Source: Bilabrum cf. latius
Taxonomy: Eukaryota
Length of the DNA: 64,000 nt
Assembly (NCBI GenBank): GCA_965178125.1
Contig: OZ237735.1
Span: forward strand, 1,426,001-1,490,000
Direction: 5' to 3'
Below, piece after piece: positions 49,484 to 62,455 of the stretch; positions within the stretch are counted from its first letter, which is position 1; the number at the start of each line of letters is the position of its first letter. A program made the translations under genes and the position numbers. Under the pieces are notes generated by a model. The model made no database searches. It had not been told where the DNA came from and saw only the letters and a list, made by a program, of their open reading frames with translations.

Positions 49484-50827
49484 ATGGACAGTATTGGCAG
49501 TGAATTGACGAGGAGAGTAGCAGGGCTAGCGCAGAGGCTAGCCTCTGGCGAAGATGGTCAAGCGGCCGATGCAGCTGCTGCCATCGGCAATATAGCTTTG
49601 ATGCGTACGGCTGGCGTGAAGGCCGTGGTGGATGCAGGCGCCATGCCGCCGCTGGTGGCGCTCCTGGCATCTGACAAGGACCGAGTCGTGGCCAGCGCGA
49701 CTAAGGCCATCTGGAGGATGGCCTACTGCAGTGCTGCAGGCGTGAAGGCCGTGGTGGATGCAGGCGCCATGCCGCCGCTGGTGGCGCTCCTGGCATCTGA
49801 CAAGGACCAAGTCGTGGCCAGCGCGGCCCACGCGATCTCCAAGGTGATCCACAGGAATGCTGCAGGCGTGAAGGCCGTGGTGGATGCAGGCGCCATGCCG
49901 CCGCTGGTGGCGCTCCTGGCATCTGACAAGGACCGAGTCGTGGTCAGTGCAGCCGAGATCATCAACAATCTGGCTAGCCTGGATGAGTGTAAATTGACTA
50001 TTGCAGCCTCTGGGGCGGTTGCATCTATGTCTGTACACGTTGAGTCCAGCGTTTCTTGGGCGCACCTAATCGGCAGCGTGCATGTATCCATTGAGGTCAC
50101 CGAGGCCCTCCGCTCATTAGCCAGCGGTTCCATGCCGGTCAAGCGGGCCCTCATCGAGACAGGTGTCCTCGATCCACTGGCTGCTGCTCTGCACAGGGCC
50201 ACCTCGCATGATATCATGGCGAGAGTGTGCAGTGTGCTGCAGTCGCTCGTGTGCTGCGAGCTAGTGTCCCATGCAACGTGCAAGGAGAACTTGGTGCCTG
50301 GCCTAGTGCACGCCCTGGGCTTGCCTTGTCCTGACCTGAGGGGGCAGGCCCTGCATGTGCTGCATGCCATCTCAAAGGTATCCTGCGGAGCATGCCGAAT
50401 GCTTGTGGAAGCCGAATGTGTCCCGGCACTTCGCCATCCAATGCAGCTGGAGGGCGCCTAGCTTTAGCACAGGATGTCAGCAATGCGAGTGCTGCTGATG
50501 CTGATGAGGCGCACGGATGCAGCCGCAGCTGCCCTCGCGGACTGCAAGGAGCTGCTCGACCACGTGATTGCAGCCGCTGGGGGTGCGTGGGAGGACTCTG
50601 CTGCCCGCGAGCTGGGGTGTCTGTGCTCGGCGCAGTGCCTGCAAGGGGCGGAACAGTGCAAGCTTGCGGTGAGTCGGGCAGGCGGGCTCAAGCCGATTGC
50701 TGATCTTCTGAAGGAATCAGAGTCAGCAGGCCACAGTGCCTGCGAGCTGCGGTGGGCTCTGGAGGACACTGCGGGCGCATCCAAGGAGCTGAGGGAAGCA
50801 GTGAAGGCAGCTGGATTTGAGGGATGA
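49484..50827 (+). CDS. Armadillo-repeat protein
   Basis: Three 42-aa repeats GVKAVVDAGAMPPLVALLASDKD plus divergent ARM repeats. ORFs 49484-50461 and 50474-50827 are joined through two TAGs; TGA end. Confidence 0.85.
49613..49946 (+). repeat. 126-bp tandem repeat (3 copies)
   Basis: Identical ~70-bp core starting at 49613, 49739 and 49865. Confidence 0.95.
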
Positions 50828-51016
50828 CTGCCTTGGGCTTGCTGTCAATGTGACGCCTGGGGTGCTACGGCAGCGACTCCGGTCTCTTACTATTTTCAAC
50901 TCTGAATTGCGTGTTATTGACCCTGTGACGATATTGAGTCTCGCAATCGCAGAACCACGACCCATTTACAAGCGGCGGCACCGTATCACCATCTTGCCTC
51001 GCCGCCTTCTGCAAGT

Positions 51017-54000
51017 TCAGGTAATGGTCCCTCCCCCTGTGCCCTTGGGACAACGCAGCTCCACTGGCATCAGCGACCGCTGCAGGTCGTTGAAGGCGAA
51101 CTTCATCGACCCCGTGTTGCGGTAGGCATTCCCCAGCCGAGTGCCGCACGACCGCATCACGTTGGCAAGCTCAAGCGGGGACATGCTGTACCCTGTCTGC
51201 TGCCTGTCCTGGTCCATGTCATGGACCACCTGACTGACAGTGCCTCTTCCCAGTGATGGGGAGCCAACTGCAGGGCTAGCATGGGCTGCACCTGCACCCG
51301 CTGATCCTCGCTATATCGCCCCTTCGCTGGTGGCAGTAGCGGCATCACCACGCACATCCTAGCGACGCACTGGACTCCCAGTCCCCCGACCATAGAATTC
51401 ATTTGATGCCCTACTAGAGCCACTGCCTGCTGCATCCCCAAACGCAGCCCCGCACCCGGCTTCCAGCCCCGACGCCATGCACGCCTGCCTCGCCAGATCC
51501 AGAGTCACCACCATCCCCGTCCTGTCCTTGGCGCTCTTGCAGCTCACCAGCCGCCCGCCCGCGCAGCACCTTGTCAGCCCGTCGATGGCTCGCAGGAATG
51601 CAGCCGTCCCCGCCACGCCCTCCAGCTCCATGTTGGCCTCTGCCTGCCTCAGGTCCTCCATCCACTCGGCGCATGCACGCACCCTGGCTTGCAGGATCAG
51701 GCTGATGGTGCCTGCATCGAAGGGCAGGGCCGGGTCATGAGCCCCAGCAGCTTGCACGGACCCTCGCTGCGGCTGACTGGCACTGACTCCCACCCCACGA
51801 GGCGAGGCTCGATGCAGGCCCTCATCGCCCTCAATCACTGACCCCAGCACGGGGTCACTGGACTGCGCGTTCTTCCAGGCCCAGTCCATCAGGGCCTCCA
51901 CTGGCATGCCCCCGCCCACTCGCAGGTGGTCGCTCTCTTGCTCATCGTCACCCGTCATGGCGCCCGGAGTATGATGACCCATTGCTCTGGCAGATGCGCC
52001 CAGCATGCTCCAGCCCCCGGGCCACTGGGGCACACAGTCAAAGCACGACTCACCGGCATCACCAGCACCGCCTCGCGCCCCTCGCTGCTGCCGGCCAGCG
52101 CACGCCCCCGACACCGCCCCCGCCAGCCTGCCCAGCCGCACGAGGTAGTCTTGGCAGCACGACAGCAGCTCGGCATTGATGCTGCTGCGCATCTTGGGGG
52201 ACCCGAACATGTCACTGACACGCTGCATCTCGTTGAAGCCGCTCTGGGCGAGCAGCACGTGCGCAGGAAAGAACGGAGCCGAGTCGTCTTGGGACAGCGG
52301 CCCCAGCCAGCCTGCCTGCATGGCAGCGTCTAGGCCCACCACAGGTACCTCCAGTGTGACGAGCAGCTGCGGAGGAGGCACCGCCAGGAGAGTGTGGCTA
52401 CCAGCAGCATCGTCAGCTTCTGGATCCGGCCGCTACCGATTGCGGGCAGACATCAGTTGTGCCCCAAAGTCAGCACCATACCCTCCAGCGCCCGGCCGGC
52501 CTCCCACATGCGGCCACACAGCCCCGGGTAGATCCTCGGGATCACGACCCGTCGGACCCACCCGCACCGACACCCGCCTAGACTGCACCCTCAGGATCGT
52601 GTCCCCATTGCGGCCGCACTGAGCAAGAGGCAGTCTCGACGGGCCAGCCACCCAGTCCGTGTCCAGCCCGTCAGAGTCTTCATCTTCCCATGAGTCGTCG
52701 TAGTGGTTCTGGGGGGGAGAAAACACGCGCTTGCCGCTGTCATGAGACAGGCCGGGCGCAGCACCGCGAGCCTGATAGCCTCTGAGTGCATTCACCCTCG
52801 CAGGCTCCCCAGCTGCCCCTCCTCCTCCTCCTCCTCCTCCTCCTCCTCCTCCTCCTCCTCCTCCTCCTCCTCCTCCTCCTCCTCCTCCTCCTCCTCCTCC
52901 TCCTCCTCCATTGTCCCACTCGGTGCTCTTCTTCTGCTCGGAGACAGAGGTCCGTGGTGTCGGTGTGTCGTACCGCTCGATGCTAGCTGCGTCCTCATCT
53001 TCCCCGCCGCCGACTCGGTCCGCGTCCACCAGCCTGATCGCCACCCTGCATCCCGCCGCAATGCCTACCACGGCATCGCTTACCATGACACTCTCCTTCG
53101 AAAATGTGGACAGTAAAGAGGACCAGGTCAGCAGCATCCCGCAGGTCCTCCACTGCAGCAGAGCAGCCCACGCGTCGTGCAGGGCAGCCACAGAGGCTTC
53201 TCTGTCTTGTCTAGATACACCGTCTACCTCACCGTCTGCACTGCTTGTGGCAGCAGAGACGGTGGCAATGCTCTCTGCAGCAGTTGGCAGTGCGTGCCCG
53301 GCCCTTACCCTCCCTGGCGCGAGAGAGGCCATCGCCTGCCTAATCCTATCAAGCGGCATACGGAGCAGCTGCAGAGCCGACAGGGCCACCCCGGCGATGG
53401 CCTGAGGTACCACGCAATCTGCCCTCGCGCGAGCCATGTCCAGAGCCGTCATCATCTCTCTGTAGCTGCGAGCTGCCCGCCACGGGTGCTTGGAGCCCGT
53501 GTGTGCCTTGGCCTGCGTGCCTCGATCGATGGCCTGGGTGAGCAGCTCGTGGAGCCCCTAGGACGACTTCATGTGGTGAGCTGCGGGTGCGCCCAGAGTG
53601 GCCATGGGCAAGACCCTATAGGCATACCTGGGCCCGCGCCCTTTCTCCTGGTCTGGTCGAATCGGACTGCCAGTCTGGGCCTCGTCGTGATCGCCGGAGA
53701 GATGAGAGCTGCTGTTGGCGTTGCCCAGCACCAGCACCCCAGAGCTCGACTGCAGGTTTGTCGCAACGAGTCCGAAGATGGACTCCTTCTTGTCCACCGA
53801 GGCCCGGAAATTCACGCTGCTGGCCCTTGGGTGCACGGCCTTGTGGTACACCGTCGGCGGCGGGCGGGGAACAACCGCTTGGTCCTCGATGCCATGGGGC
53901 ACAACACCAACCGGCTCGCTGCTTCCAGCGTCAAGCACGAGCTGTGGCTGATAATCGATTGAGGCGCTCGGCTTAGATGGCCCCATGGTGGTTGCTGTCA

Positions 54001-57000
54001 GCGTGGAGCCGACCTCTGTCTCCACGTCGCTAGTCTCAGGCACAGTCTGCAGCACTCTATCGGGAGAAGTGGGCACGAACGGCTGCAGTGCAACATGACC
54101 GATGCTGCCTGCGTTGCCGCTGAAACCAGGCATGTCTGCGTCGTCCAAGGACTAGTTGCTCCTTCTAGCACCAGCTCCAGAGCTCGCATTGCCGCCCTCC
54201 CCGCTGGTGATCCTGGCCCTCCACTGCCCGTCGTCGTCCCCATCCATCGACCCCCGCTCGATCCCCTGTTCGTCCAGAACCTCGTCCACCTCGCGCTGCT
54301 GCCGCTCCCTGGCCTGCGCCTGGTCAGAGTCACCGTCCGAGTCGAAGTCAGTCCCCCGGCGGCCGTCCTTTGCACCGCCGCTGGATCCGCCCCTGCGACC
54401 CTGCTGCTTCCTCTTCCTTGCCTTCTCCTCGTGCTTGAGCCGCTTCTGGCGGGCTCGCAGCTGCTCGGCTAGCCCATGCTCCCTAACCAGGCAGGGCCAC
54501 ACCCTCGATGCCAAGTACGACTTGTGCTCCACCGAGTCGTTCTGCCTCGCCATCAGCCACCGCATGCAGATCTCCTGCTCGCGCAGCGAGCGGAGCCCGT
54601 AGCTCAAAATGGCGTAGGTTGTTAGCTTGGCGGAGGCCGCAAACGCCGTGCCTCTAAGCTGTCGCACAGATCGGAGCGCGTGGGCGAAGAGCTGGCGGCC
54701 TTCGAATGCGGTCCGTGCATCAGCTCTTCGCTGTGCCGCCATGGCAGGCAGCAGCTGCCGCGGCATCTGTAGAGCAAGGCTGGACTCCCGGCACTGCTCC
54801 AGCAGCATTGCCGTTGATTGCCCAAGTGGCCTTGCCTGCGGCTCGGCCGAGCTGCCAGCGGACAGTCGCGGGTGCCAGGTCGGAAACAGCGACAGGAACA
54901 GTTCCTGCCCTTGCAGCGCGCCACTCGCGCCCTCCTGGACCGAATCTGCAGCGGCAGCCACGGCGTCCATGATTGCACTGCCGTGCGATGCGCCTCCCAC
55001 TCGCCTGCTAGAGAGCTGGTACCCCATCAGTTGCGATGCGGTGGGCTGTGGCGCGCCCAGGGTCCTCGCCTCCAGCATTTTGCCGCCAGTCCCCGCCTGG
55101 TCCAACTAGGCCAATCGGCTTGACCGCCGCAGCAGCTAGGCAAGCTGGGCGCTGGGCAGGGCAGCCCTGAACCGTGACACAAGATCCACTCGAAGGGTCA
55201 CGTTCGTGGGGGCTGTTGCATAGGCGTTGCCAAGCGACGATCGCCGGAACACCGACACGAGCTCGGCACCAGATCGAGACAGCGCATCTTCGCGGAAGCT
55301 CCAGCTAGCCAAGGCCGCATGGGCAGCGGGTGGCAGCATCGGATCAGCAGTCATGCGACTGGCAGGCACGCCGGCCGGGAACTCGTCGCCAGCGGCGTCC
55401 ATGTCGACCGAGGGACGCCTTGAGACTGTCGCGTCACGGGGTAGCAGCAGGACAGCGACGGTCCCATCCTAGGCTGCCTGTTCCGGGGTTGTGGGACTGC
55501 CCCTGCTAAACGCAGAGGCAGCCGGGGGTGACATGGGCAGCACAGCTGCCAGCGAAATCGACTGCCACGGAGCACGCTGGCTCACCCGACGGGTCTCCAC
55601 GCGGGGCGAGGAGCCCTGCAGGTGCCTCCGCCCGCGCCCCATGGACACACGTCCTCCCGACGACCCCTCCCCGCTCGAGGACCTCGCAGCAGTCGAATCC
55701 ACACTATCAAGTGTGACTCGAAAGGCTGGGCTCTGGTGAGCCAGGAGCCAGCACGATCTCCACCGAATGTACCACCGCAGCACGCAGTCGACACCAATGG
55801 TCCGAGGTCCGTGCCGAGCAGACGAACGAGCCCCCCTAGGAGTCCTTCCGCCTCCTCCGCTGCGGACCCTCCGCTGTATGGCGGCGCTCCTCAGCTGGGC
55901 CCGCATGGATTCAGGCATGACGTGCCTGCTGCGCTCCTCACCTCCCGATACACCGCTGGATGCCCCGGCTCCCGAGGACCTCGTTGGCCGGCTGAACGAG
56001 CTCGACCGCATGCCGGTCGATACAATAGCCCCTGCGCTGTCAGCGTCCGAGTGCCCCGTGGACTCGCCGCTCTCAAGCTCAACCTTGCCTTGGGAATGGC
56101 CCATGCCGCCAACGCCAGCGGCCTGAGCCTGAGCTGCGGCATCCACGGTCCTGACACGGATGGACACGCAGAAGGAGCTCATGCGCCAGGGAACGGTGGT
56201 CCTAGGGGTGGCGCTCTAGCCCCCGCGCATGACCTCGGGCCGCCGCCCCGCCAGAGCGGCCCGCTGCTCCAGCAGCCTCCGCCTCACCCTGTCGATGGCA
56301 GCCTGCTCTTGTGCGCGGGCTTGCTCCATCGACAAGCCAGTAGCGCCGCTGCTTCCACGCGCATGGTCCGCTGCGTCTTCCAGAGGAGGAGCCACGTTTC
56401 GACTTCGGGCGCGCACCGTGGGGCCGGTGTACGCCACCACGGTATCGCTCGAAGCTAGCTCCACAGTCGCAGAGTCCGACAGCGGGGTGTTTACCGATCG
56501 CATGGGATCCAGCAGGCTTGATGAGGCGCCTACATCAATGCGCAGGGCAGCTCTAACCGCTTGCGGAGAGCGCACAGCATCTGGTGACATGGGCAAGCGG
56601 CCGCCCTCAATATCATCAGAGCTGTTGGAGTCGGAGGCCGCGAGTGCGGCATTGGGGGAAGCAGTACCCGAGACCAAGCGGCCTCTCCCCGGCCTGAGCT
56701 CGCCAGTGTATGTGGACGACTGCACCGCTAGCCGGCCGCTCATGGTGCCACCATTCCTACGCCTGCCCGCTGCATTAAATTCTTTCCTTATCCTAGGTTT
56801 CGAGACCCAGCCTACGCTCGGCCCAAGCGGACTCTAGTAGGATCCGCTGATCTGCCGCCGGGCGGACTGGATGCGCCTGGCGACCGCGACTGCCTGCATC
56901 GAGAACTTTCGCTTCTCGTGCGCCTCAACGATCGCGACCGCGTCTGCGGCTGCCTCCCTCACGATCTGCGTTGCTGGGACGCTGCCGCTAGCCAGTCGCA

Positions 57001-59054
57001 TGAATACCTGCGGCAGGGACAGCACCATCACCTTCCGCTCTCCCCTGCTGGTCCCTGCAGCACCGTTCCCCGCGATCGCATCAGCAGCGCCCACTGACCT
57101 GTCTATCTCAACCGCGAGCCTCTCCGCGTTGTCTCTTCCGCTGCTTACCGGCAGCAGCACCCGACTCGCTCCCTCCACCGCCACCGCGGGCCCCTGCGCC
57201 CTCTGGAAAGCCTCCTCGTCCTCCGTCTCCGCTCCGACCATCAGCCAGAGGATCGGCAGGCTGACGAGGAAATCGTCAGCGGGACTCAGGAATGCAGTGA
57301 CCCACCAGCAGGCAGAGACCGACTGCTTTTGCTGCGCGAAGTAAATGTACACTGCGGTCCGGATCAGGGTCACGACCGTCGCAACCACCATGACCAGGAC
57401 GAACCACCACGTGGCCCCCTGCAGCGCGAACTGCATGTGCTGGATGCGCCAGAGGGGAGACATGGACAGAGCTGCTGCGCCAGTCCCAGCGCCCCCCCTG
57501 CTACTCATGGCTGACTTCCTTGGTCGCACCACGGGCCCTGCGCCACGCAAGCGAGCCTTGCCTTTGCCCTTGCCGTTGCCCTTGTTGTGTCCGTCACCGC
57601 CTCTGATTGGAGCCAGGCTTCCGATCGGTTCCTGCTAATCTGACCGGGATCCATTACCGTTCCACCCAATCGCAGGGTCACCGTCCTCGTCCTCACGGTG
57701 TCCTGCCAGCAGAGGCTGCCCCAGGTCCAGCTTGTCATCGTCGAGCTGTTCCAGCCCTGCCTTGGGAGTGGCGGGCTGCTGCCAGGGCGAAGGCACGTCG
57801 AGGCTGCGAGACGAGCTGTGTGAGCTGTCGCTGGCCGTTCCGGGGCCAGCACGAGGGCCGCTCACCCCGCAGCACCGGCTGCAGCACCAGCACAAGCCCA
57901 GGGTGGACATCCACTGGACGCACGTGAGCTGCCCCGCGTCTGTGTCCTCGTCGTAGTACCCTGCCTCGGCGTCATCGGAGCTGTCCCCTTTTCGATCCCT
58001 GCTGCTGGCGTCACCGATGCCGAGGTGCTTCCGCAGGGCCAGCACGAGCGTGCCTTGCAGCTGAGACACCCGTTTCTGCACGAAAATGGCAGAGGCCAGC
58101 ACTGCCACGGCCAGGAGAGCGAGCACAGAGGTATGAACCGCATCTGCGACGCTCTCGATCTAGTGGCTGATGCGATGGTTCAATACAGTTGCGTTGTGGA
58201 TCACTGGCATGCCGGACCAGCTGGCGGGATGTACGAGAGGAGTGCCCGCCGCATCCGGTGCCACGCTTGCGTCATGGTGGTGTGGATGAGCCCATATATT
58301 GTGTGCATCCGGCTGACCATTGTCGTCATCATCGATTGCCGGGCCCAGGCCGCCTTTATGAGCTTTATCAGTTGCAGTCATGACCTTAACAACGACTGCT
58401 GCGATGGCAACACTGCCAAAGACGCCAGCCACGCCGGACGCTGCGAGAGTGAATGCTCCGCGGATGGCGTCTCTGCCGCTTCGAGTCGCGATAGTTACTG
58501 CACCGAGCCAATGGTATGCAAGAGCTAATAATAACTGCGGATCATAGAGCTGGAAGGATCAACAAAATGTGCGTGTTTTGCAGCGCATCACAAAGATCTT
58601 GCCTAGACACGACTGAACTCACGACAGCTCCAGCAGTGGAAGTAGCGATTCGCAGTACGGTGAGTATACACTCAACGACAAGAACGGCAATATCTACGTG
58701 GAGGAATGTTCCACTCGCGGACGAAATCGCGTTGCTTGTCAAGTGAGAGAGGCCGCATATGAAAGCTGCCCAATGCAGCCAATGCCTGCTTCGCATGCTG
58801 ATTCTGCAAGCCCCACAGCAGTTACAGCCTCTTCGTTTCTTAACTTCCTTGTCCCTTGGTCGAGAGCTGCAGCCTGTCCCATTCTATGCGAGCCTATGCG
58901 CAGCGTAAAACGTGAAGAGGGTATGAAGGGCAGTTGCACATAGGGCCGAGACTGTCAGCCAGTTCTGCCAGGTAAAACCCCCACAGATGCTGGCATTGAC
59001 TAGATCATTGTCAATAAGAGGAGCATGCTTGGGAAAGAAGTCGCCTCCCAGCAT
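51017..59054 (-). CDS. Seven-TM (GPCR-like) domain fused to inositol polyphosphate 4-phosphatase (INPP4), ~2,650 aa; intron 58550-58622
   Basis: The C-terminus has GGRLVSCKSAKDRTGMVVTL and MRSCGTRLGNAYRNTGSMKFAFNDLQ. The N-terminus has seven hydrophobic segments. Eleven exon-2 fragments share one frame with only TAG between them; TGA end. Confidence 0.75.
52818..52909. repeat. (CCT)~30 microsatellite encoding poly-Gly in the INPP4 region
   Basis: Perfect trinucleotide run. Confidence 0.95.
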
Positions 59055-59140
59055 TGCTGGCCAGTATTAGCCGCAGAAGAAAACGAGATCGCAATTGATA
59101 GGTGCACCCAACTGCGAGTCAGAAAACCAGACAAACATCA

Positions 59141-62100
59141 TCAATCCAAGTCGTCGGCAAGAGCCTTGGCTGCCTGGCTCAGCCTTACTCTTGGAGCAGC
59201 AATTTCTGCAGATCTTATCGCAGCCTTCAGCCCACCGGCACCACCTGGCTTCGAGCCCTGAGTCGTCGCAGCTGCACGGGAGCCAGCCGATGGAGGAGCC
59301 GCCGCACCAGCAGGAGCCGAAGACCGCAGCGCGGCTGAACCAGACCCTTCTGCCTGTGGCTCGGCCGTGGTATGTGGCTTGGACTGCGTGGGCGCAGTGG
59401 AAGCAACGCTAGGAGCCTCCGCCGCCTGCCCCTCCTCGACAGCATGCGCACCGGTTGCAACCAGCCGATCCCACTGACCTTCGCTCTCCGGGGCCTTGGT
59501 GACCCACACGGCCACGTTGCAGTCTGCTGCGTCCAGCGTGGTCGTTGTGGCGATGACCGTCCCATTCAGGGGAATGCGGACTCGCCACGTGGACAAGGGG
59601 GCCTCCTCCTGCTCCTCCTGGCCGGCCCCTTGGGCACCGGCAGTCGCCAGGTCAAAGCTAGCGAACCACGGCGAAGGTTCTCCGGGTGCAGGGCACTGTG
59701 ACGCGCCCACGAGTGCTCCATCGGCAGAGTCTGTGCTCGGCAGGGTCCCATGGATCGAGGGCACGGGCACCTCGATGCCCCACTGGGAGGAGCCCACGTC
59801 TGCGCCCCGGCCATTCAGACCATTGATGCCACTGCTGCTGCTCTTGGCAGCGCTGCCCGCAGCCACTGTCCCCGGACCAGAAGACATCCCCTCCGCTCTG
59901 TGCTTCTTGAGGCGCTCCACGAACGCCCCGCCAATCCTTGAGGCAATGCACACCTCGATCTCGTCTGCCCTTGCACCACCTTTCCCGCCCTCACCACCAC
60001 TGGGCGCGAATGCCGCGCCACGCCTGCGGAGCACCACGCTCGACGCCTCTTCCACGGCCAGAGGCACCTGCACCAGCAGCACCACGTGCCCGCCTGACTG
60101 CCTCCACGAGAATGGCGGCCTGCGCGTGGCCTCTCCTCCCTCCTTCGCGTGCCTGCAGAAGCGCGCCATGCCAGGGGGGCTAGATACGTGAACGACCTCG
60201 GCAGTCGCGATGGTACCTTCATGTGAAGGGCTCTGCCCAGGTGTTGACTCAACCTGCCCCGATGCGGCTGGTCCACCAGCCACGGCTGCAGCCTCCTCGT
60301 CTGCCGAGTCAGAGTCACTGTCTGCAGCGGCTGCATGCAGCATCGCTTCTGCGCTGTATCGGTCTGGAGATGCTGGAGCTTTCTCTTTTGCAGCGGGGGA
60401 GATATCATCTTGGGTAGTATCATCGGGCTTGTCATCTGCCTTCGTGTCCGGCTGTACGTGTTGCAAATTCGCCTCATCCGGTTTTTGGGGTGCCTCTGCT
60501 TCGCTGCTGGGTGTCTTCGATGATGATTCGCTGCTGGGAACCGGATCAGTTGCCGCCTCCGCTTCGGGCAGCTGGACCTGCGGCGTTCTCGTCCCGGAGA
60601 CCCACCTGTCGTGTCCTTTCGTCTGCTTGGCCTGTGGTGCGCTATCTCCCGTCTTAGCGGAATCTCCACTGCTTCTGTCAGCATCACCATCATCTGGATG
60701 GGTGCTTGCAGGCTTGGTCCCTGCAATGTCTACTTCCTCGACTGCCGCGGCACTTCCATCGACGAGCGCACTTGCACTCGCCGCGCCACCACCAGCCTCT
60801 CGAGCCCTCGCGTCATACTGGGCCACGAGCTCGGCGCACCTCTTTGCGTCAAGCGTGTGGGGGACTACCTTCATTGTGACCTCCAGCCGCTGCTTGCTGC
60901 GCACAAAGGCCGCCCTGCACGAGTCCACGTCCACTGGATGCGGCAGGTCTTTCAGTAACCTGTAGGTGCCTGCCTTCACTCCAGCTGATGCAGCTGCTTT
61001 CTCAGGGACGGGGTACTCTAGCTGCACAGCCTTCTCCTGCACGTCCAGCGCAGCCGCAGATACCTTGGCCATGCCCCTGCACCTGACCCGGAGCACGAGC
61101 GACGCTGGCCGCTTGGGCAGCATGGCCTCGACCTTGGCGATGTCCGCGTGCGGGATGGTGACGGCGAGGGCGCCCCTCTCCGTCAGTGTGACGTCAGAGC
61201 GAGGGACTGGGAGCGCACCGTCTGGGAAGACCTCCTGGTCCTGCTGCTTGCGCAACGTCCTTCTCTCCTGCAAGGCTGCCTTGCCGCTGCTGCCGCTGCT
61301 GGCAGCCCCGCTGCCCGATGCAGCCGCGCTTGCAGACCCCTTCCCCCGTTCCTTCCCCTTCTGCTTATCCTTTCCCTTTTCTTGCCTGAGTCTGTCCACC
61401 CTGGCCTGCACTGCTCTCTTGCGCTGCCTGCTGGCGTGCACGTTGATGGCCGCCGGCTTCTTGGCCCCTCCCATGTACTTTGTTCCCTGGAGAACAACGA
61501 AGGAGCGAGGATCCATGTGCAGGGACGCGACGTGCAGCCTGGACTCTATCTGCCGGAGTGCCTCGGCGCAGCACACCCCCAGGACCTCCTTGACCATGGT
61601 CGGGCCTTTGGAGCCAGCCACCTGCATGGTCTTCGGGGAAACGCACACATCCACGCACATGGTCGGTTTCTTGGCGTTGTCCATGACGTATGTGGGCTGG
61701 TTTAGCATGGTTGGGACCCTGAGCTCCATCCCCTTCTTGCCCTTGGCTGGCTTGAGCGTCATGACGTCGCAGTCCTCGAGCAAGCAGATGTTGATGAACA
61801 GCTTCGCATGCTTGTCCTTCCCGCCGGCTCCAGCACCTGAAGCTGCGCCACCCTTCTCACCCTTATCTGGGCTTGCCTTGAGTTTTAGGGCGGCGTATGG
61901 CTGCGAGAGTTGGAGGGGTGTTTTGATAGCGCTCCCCTTCATTCGAATGATGCGCCATGGTTGGCTTCGTGCAAAGTTGAGTCGTCGCCTGAGGAGCTCA
62001 CCTCGGGGTGTGCAAGTTCAACGTCATTTGGAACGTCGCCCTATTTCTCCAACTATGCGATGTATGCTTCCTATTCAGCCTTATTCTTGGGATCAGCTAG

Positions 62101-62374
62101 CGACTAGACGTACTCCTCCATGTACTACCGGAATTCGGGGCTTGCCATGCTTTTTCTGAAGCCTTCCTCTTCCTGCACATAAACATAAACGGGAGTCATT
62201 GGCGCAATCGATTTAAATGTTCCTGCTACAGTGGAATAATAGATGCCAGATGCAACTGACCTTTTTGCTTAGTTGCACTTTTCCTCGTTGCATGGCTGCA
62301 TCCAACATTCGCACACCGTCTGCTTCTGTAAGAGATGGATTAAATGATTTCTTGGCATCGCCACTAGCTGCCAT
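59141..62374 (-). CDS. DNAAF2: Kintoun/PF13 (PIH1-domain axonemal dynein assembly factor); introns 62173-62260 and 61901-62001
   Basis: Spliced N-terminus QLSKK|EEEGFRKSMASPEFR*YMEEYV*SLADPKNKAE*EAYIA*LEK*GDVP...HPE|PYAALK, then KLFINIC and YRLLKDLPHPVDVDSCRAAFVRSKQRLEVTM; TGA end. Confidence 0.85.
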
Positions 62375-62455
62375 GACGGTTAGACGCGCTGCAAATCTAG
62401 TCCAAAGATTACCTACGAGACTGCTGCCGGTGCTCCGATCGGATGTATGAATGCC

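Noticed and set aside
49613-49946. Repeat-spacer pattern resembling a CRISPR array
   Set aside because: The 126-bp period is in-frame ARM coding sequence in a eukaryote, and there are no cas genes.
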